Positions 8,814 through 17,657 of a stretch of DNA of 64,000 nucleotides are shown here, piece after piece. The position numbers and the translations under genes are program-made. Position 1 is the first letter of the stretch, and each line of letters starts with the position of its first letter. The notes below the pieces were generated by a model, which made no database searches, had not been told where the DNA came from, and was given only the letters and a program-made list of their open reading frames with translations. This DNA is from Deltaproteobacteria bacterium (GTDB lineage Bacteria; Myxococcota_A; UBA796; UBA2385), in assembly GCA_018401435.1 (NCBI GenBank), contig JAGYJW010000023.1, positions 25,327-89,326 on the forward strand, in the 5' to 3' direction.

Positions 8814-9971
8814 ATGAGCGAAGAGTCCTTGACCGAGCCAAAGCACAGCCGCCCGCCACCCCCCTCGCCCCTGCGGGCGCGGCTGCGGGCCGGGGTCGCC
8901 GCCCTGGCGGAGCTGGCCGAAGCAGCCACGGCCCTTTGCCCTGGGGGCGGCCTGCCGCCTTGGCTCCGGCCCGTCCTGGCCAAGCTCGGGCCCGACGCCC
9001 TGCGCGTGGTGACCGTCCGCCGGGGCGACCGGGTGGTGGGCCTCTGGCTGCTGGAGCTGCAGCGGATCGGGCCCCTGCGGGTGGCCTGTCGGGTGGGCTG
9101 CGGCCTGCTGCCCTATGATGGCCTGCGCCTGGATCCGCACGAGGACCCCATCCCCATCGTCCAGGCTGCCTGGCAGGCCGTGGTGGAGGCCCGCTTCGCC
9201 GACCTCATCCGGCTGGAGGCCCTGCCCGAAGGCGACCCCCTGCTGGCCCTGCCCGAGCTGGCCGCCGCCCTGCGCCCCGCCGACCGGGCCAGCGTGGTGG
9301 ACCTGGCGCCCTACCCCACGGCGGCGGCCTACCTGGCCTCGCGCAGCAAGAACCGCCGCCGCAGCCTGCGGCGGCGCCGGGATCAGATGGCGGACTTCGG
9401 CACCGTAGAGGTCTGCGTGCTCACCGACCCGGCGGCGCGCCGACAGGCCATGGCCGACGCCTTGGACCTCAAGGCCCGCTGGCTGGTGGCCGAGGGCCGG
9501 CTGGGCCTCAGCCTGTCCGAGGGTCGCCTGCAGTCCACCCTGCTCGCCCTGGCCGAGGACCCCGCCACCATCGACACGGTGCCCATCCTCTGCCTGCGCC
9601 TGAACGGGCGGCTGGCCGCCGTCGAGGTGGGCCTGGTGGAGGGCGGCGCCTGCTTGTCCTACCTGGGCGCCTACGAGCCGGACTTCGCGCGCCTGGGGGT
9701 GGGCGCCGCGCTCACGCTGGAGACCATCGGCTGGTGCATCGAGCGGGGGCTCCGCAGCTATGACCTCTTGCCCCCGGCCACCGACTTCAAGTCCGACTGG
9801 GCGGACCGGCACCCCACCGTACTGCGTGGGCTGGTGCCCCTCAGCCGCCGCGGGCGCCTGGCGGCACCCCTCATGACAAACGGATATACAGCCGCAAAGC
9901 ATCGCTTTGAAGCACTTTCCCCACCCACCAAAGACGCATTGAGGACGCTGGTGACCCGCCTGCGGCGCTGA
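8814..9971 (+). CDS. CelD/BioF2-like (FemAB-type) GNAT acyltransferase
   Basis: The 385-aa ORF has the 'FKSDWADR' C-terminal motif and the overall pattern of the Acetyltransf_6 / cellulose-biosynthesis CelD family. An ATG follows a 45-nt gap after the upstream gene. Confidence 0.7.
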   Translation: MSEESLTEPKHSRPPPPSPLRARLRAGVAALAELAEAATALCPGGGLPPWLRPVLAKLGPDALRVVTVRRGDRVVGLWLLELQRIGPLRVACRVGCGLLPYDGLRLDPHEDPIPIVQAAWQAVVEARFADLIRLEALPEGDPLLALPELAAALRPADRASVVDLAPYPTAAAYLASRSKNRRRSLRRRRDQMADFGTVEVCVLTDPAARRQAMADALDLKARWLVAEGRLGLSLSEGRLQSTLLALAEDPATIDTVPILCLRLNGRLAAVEVGLVEGGACLSYLGAYEPDFARLGVGAALTLETIGWCIERGLRSYDLLPPATDFKSDWADRHPTVLRGLVPLSRRGRLAAPLMTNGYTAAKHRFEALSPPTKDALRTLVTRLRR

Positions 9972-9997
9972 GCTCCCCGCCCCTGTTGGCGCGTCGC

Positions 9998-12472
9998 TCA
10001 GCCCCGGGAACGCAGGGTCAGGCTGCCGTCCAGGTTGATGGCCTGCAGCACGGCCTTGAAGGGCCGCGTCCACCCCGCCTTGCGACGCAACCGCAGGCTT
10101 CTTGGGCAGGCCGGACTCAGGTGGAAGAAGTCATCGTCCGGGGTCCAACCCGGGGCATCGATCGACAGCCACTGCAGAAAGGCGTCCGCAGAGAGGCAGA
10201 CTTCGACCGTGTCTTCATCCAGGGACGCGACCTCGCCCCGCAGACCCGCGTCGCTGTGTTGGGACAGGCTGAATCCGGCTGGAAAGAGCGCGTCCTGGTG
10301 CAACACAGGGCCCTCGGGGCTGGCCCGAAGGCGCACCAGCACCACATCCTGGCGGGGAGGTCCGAAGCGGTAGGCATAAGCCGGGTCGCAGAAGTGCCCC
10401 AGCAGGCCCTCTACGGTGAGCCGTGCGCTCCCCCAGGCAGGCACCGACACCGGCCCGGAGTGCTGGCCCACCTTGTGTCGGGCCTTGCTCAGCAGCTCCA
10501 GCTCCAACCAGGCGGAGAGCGGCGCGGGGGCCTCGTTGTGGAGGTGGATGGCCACCCCGTCCAGGCCCTCGTCGGTGAGCAGCGCAGCCTGGGGCGCCCA
10601 GGCCCGTCGCAGCGCCCACAAGGCCGCCTTGGGTCGGCCAAAGCTGTCGATCAACCCCCAGCCTGCGCCCGGCCGCAGATCCTTGAGAAACCAGACCAGG
10701 GCGCCGCCGCAGCCGCTACCCGCCCGGCGCCACTCTGCGAAGACCCGCAGCATCAGCTCGCCGGTGAGCACCCGGGACAAGGCGAGGTAGCGCTCGGGAT
10801 CGACGCTGCGCAGGGCCACCGGATCTGCACCGAAGTGCTCGCGAAGGTAGTGGTCGCGCACATCTTCGAAGTCCCACCCCGCAGAGGGGTCCCGGGGCAC
10901 GCCGCGCTTCCATTCGGGGCTGTGGGGCGCTGGCCGGCTGCCCCCGCCGGTCGCCCGCACCGTCTCTGCATCGGGTATATTCGAAAAGCCCAGGCATTCG
11001 GGGCTGAAGCGCACCCCCGCCCGGCGCACATCGGCCAAGGGCCGCCGGTAGGCGCCCACCCCATAGTAGTGGCAGAGACCGCTGCCGGTGTGAAAGGGCA
11101 GGTCGCCCTCCCAGGGGGTGGACGGAAACCAGGGCAGATCGGGCAAGGACTCGGCCACCCAGGCGGGCAGCTGCTCCTCGAAGAAGGGTCCGGCCCAGGC
11201 CTCGCGCGGCAGCCCCAACATGGCCGCCTGTTGGGCGATCTCGCTGCCGCCGCACAGGAGGGCCACACAGGGGTGGGCGGCCAGGCGGGCGGTCTGCTGG
11301 CGCAGCTCGGCCTGGACCTCGGCCACGAAGTCGGCGTCCCCCACCGGCAGGTCCAGGTTGGCAAAGGGCAGGTCCTGCCAGACCAGGATGCCCCGTGCAT
11401 CACAGGCCGCCAGCAGCGCGTCGCTGGCCCAGGTCATGGTGCCGCCGATGCGGATCATGTTGAGGCCGGCGCTGGCAGCGAGATCCAGGGTGCGCTGCAG
11501 ATCCTCGGGCCTGCCATCCAGGCTGGCGGGATCCTCGGCCGTCCAGCAGGCACCCCGGCAGAAGACGGCACGGCCATTCACCCTTAGCTGAACCTGTCCG
11601 CCGCTGCGGTCCAACACAAGGCTTCGAAAACCCAACATGCCGCAATCGACCACCCGCAGCCCGGCGGTGCAGACCAGCTCCAGACGGCAGGGGTGCAGGG
11701 CCTGCGCCCCCTGGCCCAGCGGCCACCACAAGGCGGCGCCGGGCAGGGGCGCGTCCAGGCTGAGGATGAAGTCACCGGCCTCGTCTTCGTGGATATCCAC
11801 CGCGAGGGAGCACCCCGCCACCACCACGGTCGCGCCCTCCAGGCGCTGACCCGGACCCGGGTGCAGCCGCGCGTGCAGATGAAGCTGGGCCCGGCCCTGG
11901 GGGGCGGAGCCGCGCAGACGCAATGCAGACACGGAGAGGGCGGCGCTGCGGGTCAACACCACGTCCCGCCAGGGGCCGATGGCCGGCAGCGCGGGCATCC
12001 AGGCCGTGGCCCGCCCCAGCAGGCTGGTTCGAAACCAACGCAGATCCTGGTTGCTGACCAGCGCCGTCTTCCAGCGCGGCCGCGGGCGACGGCCGGCCAG
12101 GGCCGCGTCCAGTGACCGAAAGACGATGTCCACGCGGTTCTGCGCGTGCAGCCGCCCGGTCACCTCGAAGCGATGACTCCGAAACATATTCTGGCTGCTG
12201 CCCAAAGGCGCACCGTTGAGCCAGACCTCGGCCAGGGTGGCCAGGCCCTCAAAGACCAGGTGAAGCTGCTCGCCCGGACCCGCGGCCCGGGCGGGAACTC
12301 ACAGCGGTACCACCAGTCGTGGGCGTCGATTGGGGGTCATCGAGGGCCAGACCCAGGGCCGCGGCCACGGTGCCGGGCACCGCCGCGGGCAGCCAGGCGC
12401 CGGGCAGCGCGTCGAGGGCCTGGGGTCGGCTGCCGCGCCCGCTGGGGCCTCGCGCAGGGTCCAGGCCCCCAT
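9998..12472 (-). pseudogene. Glycoside hydrolase family 2 (beta-mannosidase-like), with the N-terminal ~90 codons broken by at least 3 frameshifts
   Basis: The 735-aa ORF (9998..12205) has a GH2 core ('GGTMTWASDALLAACDARGILVWQDLPFAN'). The conserved N-terminus is spread over three frames upstream: 'MGAWTLREAP..AADP', then 'ALDALPGAWLPAAVPGTVAAALGLALDDP', then 'IDAHDWWYRCEF', then 'LHLVFEGLATLAEVWLNG...'. The total span of about 825 codons fits a full-length beta-mannosidase. Confidence 0.8.
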
Positions 12473-12521
12473 CGGACAGCGAGTCTGCAGGGGCGTCACG
12501 GCGGGGGCCTCCAAGGTGGTC

Positions 12522-13496
12522 TCAGCCAAAGTGTCGGTTCAGCGCAGCCATCGCAGCATCATAGCGCAGGGCCAGCGCGTCGAAGGGCCCAAGGTCGAGC
12601 GGCCGGCGGCGCATCATGGCCCGCGCGAGCTGGAATTGCAGGGCCTTGGTGGACCGGGACAGCTCATCGAGGGCCAGGGTGGGCTCGGCGAGATCCTGCA
12701 CCCCCCCGGCGCTCAGCCATTGCAGCCAGCTCACGCATAGCTCGGAGCAGGCGCCGAATTGCCGCAGCGTCGCAAAGGAGTAGGCGTGAAAGCTGTCCAT
12801 ATCCCCGACCATCAGGTCGTCGAGATCCCCTTGCACCTTGTGTTGGAAGCGGCGGTAGGGGTTGACGAGGGGCAGGCGGCGCAGGTGCGCACGCAGCAGG
12901 CCCACCGAAGCCTCTACCAGGGCGGGCCCCTCCAGCGGCGCCGCGCGGGGCAGGGGCTTGAGGAATTCCACATAGGGCGGGAGCATGCGGTCATGCGCCA
13001 GCCCATTGATCTGGAAGAGGGCGTCGAAGTCCTCCCCTTCCACCCGGTGGTAGCCCTGGTTGTGGAAGTAGCCCATGCGACGGGCCGCACGGTCGATCTC
13101 GTTGACGGCAACCGTTGACTTGACGTGGGCCAGGCCATAGGCCGCGCCTGCGGTGTCGGGCAAATAGAAGGAGTCCAACTCTATCAGAAGGGGCCGGCCC
13201 GCAGCCACATGCTCCTCGACATGCTCCACCAGGGGCTTCCAGATGGCCAGCTCGCAGGTGGACAGCGCATAGAGGGTCTCCACATCCCCCGGTGGCGGCT
13301 TGAAGAAGGTCCACTGGTCCAGCTCGAGATCGAGGTCCAGGGTGAAGGCCATCAGGGCCAGGGGCTCGTGGCCCAGCGCATGCAGCAGCTCGATGACCAC
13401 GTCTGTATAACAATTGGTCTCGGCCCAGATGCGATCGCCCTGGTGCACCGCGTGACGGGTGTAGGTCTCGGGTTGGATATTCAGGATCTTCGGCAT
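12522..13496 (-). CDS. DUF1839 family protein (possible papain-like acyl/aminoacyl transferase)
   Basis: The ATG at 13496 (MPKILNIQPETYTRH...) lies 16 nt downstream of the ligase stop. The upstream part of the tracked 547-aa ORF is Arg/Pro-rich junk overlapping the ligase gene. The family call is from memory of the DUF1839 sequence pattern. Confidence 0.7.
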   Translation of the reverse strand: MPKILNIQPETYTRHAVHQGDRIWAETNCYTDVVIELLHALGHEPLALMAFTLDLDLELDQWTFFKPPPGDVETLYALSTCELAIWKPLVEHVEEHVAAGRPLLIELDSFYLPDTAGAAYGLAHVKSTVAVNEIDRAARRMGYFHNQGYHRVEGEDFDALFQINGLAHDRMLPPYVEFLKPLPRAAPLEGPALVEASVGLLRAHLRRLPLVNPYRRFQHKVQGDLDDLMVGDMDSFHAYSFATLRQFGACSELCVSWLQWLSAGGVQDLAEPTLALDELSRSTKALQFQLARAMMRRRPLDLGPFDALALRYDAAMAALNRHFG

Positions 13497-13512
13497 GCAG
13501 CGCCCGCGCGGT

Positions 13513-14442
13513 TCAGGAGAGGGACAGGCGCTGGCGCACCGTCTCGGGCCAGGAGGCGGTGTCCAGGCCATGGGTCTTGAACAGCGCCAGGGCCACCCGC
13601 TCCAGACCAAAGCCCACACAAGCGGTGTGGGCGGGCTGGCCGTCCGCGCTGAGGATGTCGAAGGCCAGGCCGAAGTAGTCCCGGTGGTAGTTGCAGGAGG
13701 CCACCGCGGTGGGCTTCTCCGTCGAGGTGATGGGCACCACCAGCTCGTATTTGAGGGCCTGCTCCCGCTGGCTGGCCTTGGCCATGCGTCCGCCCCGGCC
13801 AAAGAAGGGGTCGTTGGCCACCACCAGCTCCGCATCCAGGCCCACGGTCTGCAGCAGGTCGCGGGCGCGCTGCATCCAGCTGTCGCGATGGGCGGTCGCC
13901 TGGTCCTCAGTACCCAGCCGCACATATTCCCGTTGGCGGAAGATCTGCATTCGAGCCGGATCATCGGAAGGTTCGTGTCGGAAGACCCAACCCACCAGCT
14001 CATAGAGGCTGCCCTGGGCCGGCAGGGTGCCCTTGAGCCCGGGATAGAGGGGGTAGCAGGCCGCAGGCACCAGCATGGAGTCGGCGGGGGTGAGATCGCG
14101 GGTCCAGTCCTCTTCGGCCCGGTTCTCGAATTTCCGCACCAGCTCGCGGTGCTCCTTCTCGCCACCGGTGAAGGAGTGCACAGAGCCGATCAGATCCGGG
14201 AAGTTGTGGATATGGCTGATGCTGCAATAATGGGCGCGGTTGAAGATGGGGGGGAAGTGCACCTCGATCGCGCCATCGCCCTGCCCTTCCGCCCGCACCA
14301 GCGCCTGAAAGCGCGTGATCACGCCTTCGAAGTCACCTCCCCGGCCAAAGAGCCCGGGCACGCCCAGCGGGATGAGGTGCCCCGCACCCACCAGATCCTG
14401 GGTATAGCGGGCGCGAGGGTCCAATCCGTCTTGAACACACAT
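13513..14442 (-). CDS. Amino acid--[acyl-carrier-protein] ligase (atypical SerRS-like class II aaRS catalytic core without a tRNA-binding domain)
   Basis: The 309-aa ORF has class II motif 2 'VFRHEPS' and motif 3 'GFGLERVALALF'. Candidate zinc-site residues sit in 'AACYP', 'FRHE' and 'ASCNYH'. There is no N-terminal coiled-coil arm. The gene lies next to a carrier-protein gene. Confidence 0.85.
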   Translation of the reverse strand: MCVQDGLDPRARYTQDLVGAGHLIPLGVPGLFGRGGDFEGVITRFQALVRAEGQGDGAIEVHFPPIFNRAHYCSISHIHNFPDLIGSVHSFTGGEKEHRELVRKFENRAEEDWTRDLTPADSMLVPAACYPLYPGLKGTLPAQGSLYELVGWVFRHEPSDDPARMQIFRQREYVRLGTEDQATAHRDSWMQRARDLLQTVGLDAELVVANDPFFGRGGRMAKASQREQALKYELVVPITSTEKPTAVASCNYHRDYFGLAFDILSADGQPAHTACVGFGLERVALALFKTHGLDTASWPETVRQRLSLS

Positions 14443-14446
14443 GGGA

Positions 14447-15637
14447 TCAACCCTCCCTTGCGACGATTTGCATCGTCGAAGTCTGGCCCAGGATTCGGTC
14501 GTTGTTGACCATCAGGGCGGCGCCATGGGCGTCCCGCAGGTGCCGGCCCAAGCTGTGCGGGCTGTCGTTGCGGTAGCCTTCAATGCCACAAATCAGCATC
14601 GCCTTGCCCACGATGTCCACGATGAGCTGCGAGGCGGTGACCTTGAGATTGCTGACCCGGATGGCGAAGCCGAAATCCGACGGAAAGCTGCCGCAGCCCG
14701 CGTGTTCCAGCCGCGCCCGGTAGTCCGTTGCCGTGGCCAGCCAGTTGTTGCGCATGGAGAAGAGCACCGTGTCGACCTCGGCCAGGCGCAAGGCGGCGGG
14801 CGGCGGGATGCCCGGCGTCTTGCGCGCCTGGCGCCGCACCACCGCGCGGGCGTGGCTGACGGCGTCGGCGGCGAGACCCGTCCAAAGGGCGGCCCAGACC
14901 ACATGAGAGAAGGGGTGCATGGTCTGGCTGTGGATGTCGGCGTAGGGCCTGGGCAGGATCTGCGCAGCATCGCCGCTGCTGGACAAGGAGAAGCCCAGGC
15001 TGCGGGTGCCGCGGAAACCCAGCGTGTCCCAATCGCTCAGCGGCTCCAGGCTGCGGTCCCCCCGCAACACAAGCACCTGGGACTGGTCATTGGGCCCCGC
15101 GTCGGGAGCGCGCCGACAGGTCACCAGGATGGCGTCGGCCTCGACCCCATAGGAGATCACCGGCGCCCGCTTGTCCAGCTTGAAGCGCCCACCCTCGACC
15201 TCCACCGCGCAGGTGCTGGTCCGCACGTCGCCGCCGATGCCCAGCTCGGTGGTGGCCGAAGCCAACAGAAGCTGTTCGTCGCTGATGCGACGGGCGAAGG
15301 CCTGGAAATAGGGCGAAGCCAAGGCGTGGTGCACAATGCAGCCCACCTGGATCTGGTGCATGGCAAAGACCATGGCGGTGGAGCCGCAATAGCCTCCCAG
15401 GACCTCGCAGATGCGGGCCAGTTCGACGATGTCGAGGCCCATGCCACCGTATTCGGTGGGCACATAGGCGCTCAGCAGGCGGGCCTCGCGCAGGGCCGCG
15501 AAAGCTTCATCGGGGAAGCGTGCCTGGGCGTCCACCGCGGCGGCGGCCGGCGCGATCACCCTCCGCCCCAGGGCGTGCACCTCGGCGAGAAGCTCGATCA
15601 GCCGCTGGCTATCAGTTCGAAACGTCAAGTCATCCAT
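14447..15637 (-). CDS. Acyl-CoA dehydrogenase-fold flavoprotein
   Basis: The 396-aa ORF has an ACAD N-terminal/middle/C-terminal pattern ('YGGMGLDIVELARICEVLG', 'RDAHGAAL', terminal 'IVARE'). Confidence 0.88.
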   Translation of the reverse strand: MDDLTFRTDSQRLIELLAEVHALGRRVIAPAAAAVDAQARFPDEAFAALREARLLSAYVPTEYGGMGLDIVELARICEVLGGYCGSTAMVFAMHQIQVGCIVHHALASPYFQAFARRISDEQLLLASATTELGIGGDVRTSTCAVEVEGGRFKLDKRAPVISYGVEADAILVTCRRAPDAGPNDQSQVLVLRGDRSLEPLSDWDTLGFRGTRSLGFSLSSSGDAAQILPRPYADIHSQTMHPFSHVVWAALWTGLAADAVSHARAVVRRQARKTPGIPPPAALRLAEVDTVLFSMRNNWLATATDYRARLEHAGCGSFPSDFGFAIRVSNLKVTASQLIVDIVGKAMLICGIEGYRNDSPHSLGRHLRDAHGAALMVNNDRILGQTSTMQIVAREG

Positions 15638-15663
15638 GGGGCGCGCTCCAGCGGGGGACGGGA

Positions 15664-15903
15664 TCAGCCCGACAGCTCTTCAATGGCTTCGGCGATCGAT
15701 GCGACGCTCTCGAAGGTGCGTCGGCTGAGCATATGCTCCGGAAACTCGACGTCGAAGTGCTCTTCGAGGGCGAGCATCAGGTGCACCGTGGTCAGCGAGG
15801 TGAGGCCGGACGCGTAGAGATCCGTGTCTGCGGTGACGGACTCGGGGGGAACGGGGAGGCGCGCATGCTGCAGCACGAGGTCTCGAACCTGGTCCACGGA
15901 CAT
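15664..15903 (-). CDS. Acyl/peptidyl carrier protein
   Basis: The 79-aa ORF has a phosphopantetheine attachment context, 'DLYASGLTSLTTVHLMLALEE'. Its ATG overlaps the stop of the upstream hydrolase (TGATG). Confidence 0.88.
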   Translation of the reverse strand: MSVDQVRDLVLQHARLPVPPESVTADTDLYASGLTSLTTVHLMLALEEHFDVEFPEHMLSRRTFESVASIAEAIEELSG

Positions 15904-17657
15904 CAGGGCTCCTGGATGGAACGGGGAGAATCAGAGGGGGATGAAGCCTGCTTCGGGTCTACCCCCCCCTGAATCAAGGCGATCACGCGGGAATGAGACC
16001 AGAGGGGGCGCAGGGTGTGGTCGACACCGGGCACGATGGTGAGCGACGGCCGCCGATCGGCACGCACCTGGCGGTGCAGGTAGTCGATGCTGGGGTCGCC
16101 CTCGCTGCTGACCAGGTGCAGGTCGCAGCCGCTGTCCATCACAGCGCAGAGCAGGCGCTCCACATCCGATACGGCGGCCTCTCCCCGCGCGCGGGCGACC
16201 AGGGACCGGGCTTCGACCAGGCCCTTCTTGCCGATGGCCCGGGCCAGGGCCACCGCGCTGATGCGCCCGGTCAACAGGCGCCGCCAGCGGCGGCCGTTGA
16301 AGAGGCTGGCCCGGATGTGGGCGGTCATGCTGGAGGCCCGGGCGTCCTCATCCCAGACGAAGACCAGGCCATTGAAGAGCAAAGCGCGGCGCACCGGCCG
16401 CTCGGCGGCGAGGCGGGCCCCCAAGAAGGCCCCCGAACAGAGGCCCACCACGTCCACGCTGCCCGCGCCCAGGTCTTGCAGCGCGTCATGGGCCAGGCGC
16501 GCGTCGTGCACCGGGGCCTCGCTATACATGGCCTCGAGGTCGGCGTGGGGTTCGACGGCCCCATCGGAGTCGCCGACATCCCGCATGTCGAAGCGCAAGG
16601 AGGGCCGGCCCTCGGCGGCCAGGGCACGGGCGGCCTCGGTCCACAGGCGGTTGGGGCCGCTGCGCCGGATGCCGCCCGCGTTCAAAAACAAAGTCCAAGC
16701 ATGATCTTCTTGAATGCCACCCGGGGGGATGCACAGGATCCCCGACAGCTCGCCTGCGCCGCCGACCGCCCGCCAGGGGCGCTCGGTGCAGCCCCCCGGC
16801 AGCAGCAGCTGGGGGGCTGCAGGCGGGGCTGAGAGGTGCAGGCCCGGCCGGGCCGGCTCGTCAAAGAAGGCGTGGATTGCGGCGCCGACCTCGGGCAGCA
16901 GCACCGACTGGTAGGGGTTCTCCAGCAGGGGCCCGATGCCGCCCAGCTCCGCGACCTCGACCGCCGTGTCTGCACCGGCGAAGGCCTGTACCAGGCCCAC
17001 AGGCGGCGCGCTGCCCTCGCGGGGGATCAGCAGCACGCGGCGCAGACGCGCCTGGGCGGCCAGGGCGGCGGCCTCCATCCGGCCGAGGTCGGCCACCGTC
17101 TGCGGCCCGAAGTAGAAGCCGCCTGCCTCCACCGCGCCCTCTGGCAAGGGCGGGCGGTCGGCCGGGGTCTCTCCGAAGACGGCCTCGGCCATCTTGTGAA
17201 AGGCCTTCTCGCCCCGCAGGTAGTGGCGACCGCTGACCGGCAGGCCCCAGGCCACCAGGCTGTCGATGCCGCTGAGGCCCAGACCCAGCAAGGCGCCGGC
17301 GCGAACACCGATCACCCCCACCTTGGGCAGGCCCCGCTGCTGAAGAGACCGGGCCGCGTCCGAGGCGGCGCCCAGCCAGCGGTCCACCAGCCCCGCCTCT
17401 CGCGCGCTGGCACCGGAATCGCCCAGCCCCGGCCAATCCAGGCGCAGCACGAGGTGACCCGCGCGGGCCAGGGCGTCGGCCAGATGGCGCAAGGAGCGGT
17501 AGGCCGAGGTGTCCTCATAGCCCAGGGGTGGCAGCAGCAGCAGGCCCGTAGGCCGCAGGGCGCCCCTTGCGGGGCGATGCTCCACAATAAAGGCGCCATC
17601 GATGTAGTAGCGGGAACGCTCCACGGAGGAGCCGACCCCGCCCGCGGCATCGGTCAT
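15903..17657 (-). CDS. Tandem double alpha/beta-hydrolase-fold protein
   Basis: Two alpha/beta-hydrolase-like halves are present. Each has an 'LRxDxxGxGDS' strand-loop ('LVLRLDWPGLGDSG' and 'SLRFDMRDVGDSDG') and a nucleophile elbow ('GVRAG' and 'GLCSG'). The ATG at 17657 is preferred over the TTG at 17726. Confidence 0.75.
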   Translation of the reverse strand: MTDAAGGVGSSVERSRYYIDGAFIVEHRPARGALRPTGLLLLPPLGYEDTSAYRSLRHLADALARAGHLVLRLDWPGLGDSGASAREAGLVDRWLGAASDAARSLQQRGLPKVGVIGVRAGALLGLGLSGIDSLVAWGLPVSGRHYLRGEKAFHKMAEAVFGETPADRPPLPEGAVEAGGFYFGPQTVADLGRMEAAALAAQARLRRVLLIPREGSAPPVGLVQAFAGADTAVEVAELGGIGPLLENPYQSVLLPEVGAAIHAFFDEPARPGLHLSAPPAAPQLLLPGGCTERPWRAVGGAGELSGILCIPPGGIQEDHAWTLFLNAGGIRRSGPNRLWTEAARALAAEGRPSLRFDMRDVGDSDGAVEPHADLEAMYSEAPVHDARLAHDALQDLGAGSVDVVGLCSGAFLGARLAAERPVRRALLFNGLVFVWDEDARASSMTAHIRASLFNGRRWRRLLTGRISAVALARAIGKKGLVEARSLVARARGEAAVSDVERLLCAVMDSGCDLHLVSSEGDPSIDYLHRQVRADRRPSLTIVPGVDHTLRPLWSHSRVIALIQGGVDPKQASSPSDSPRSIQEP

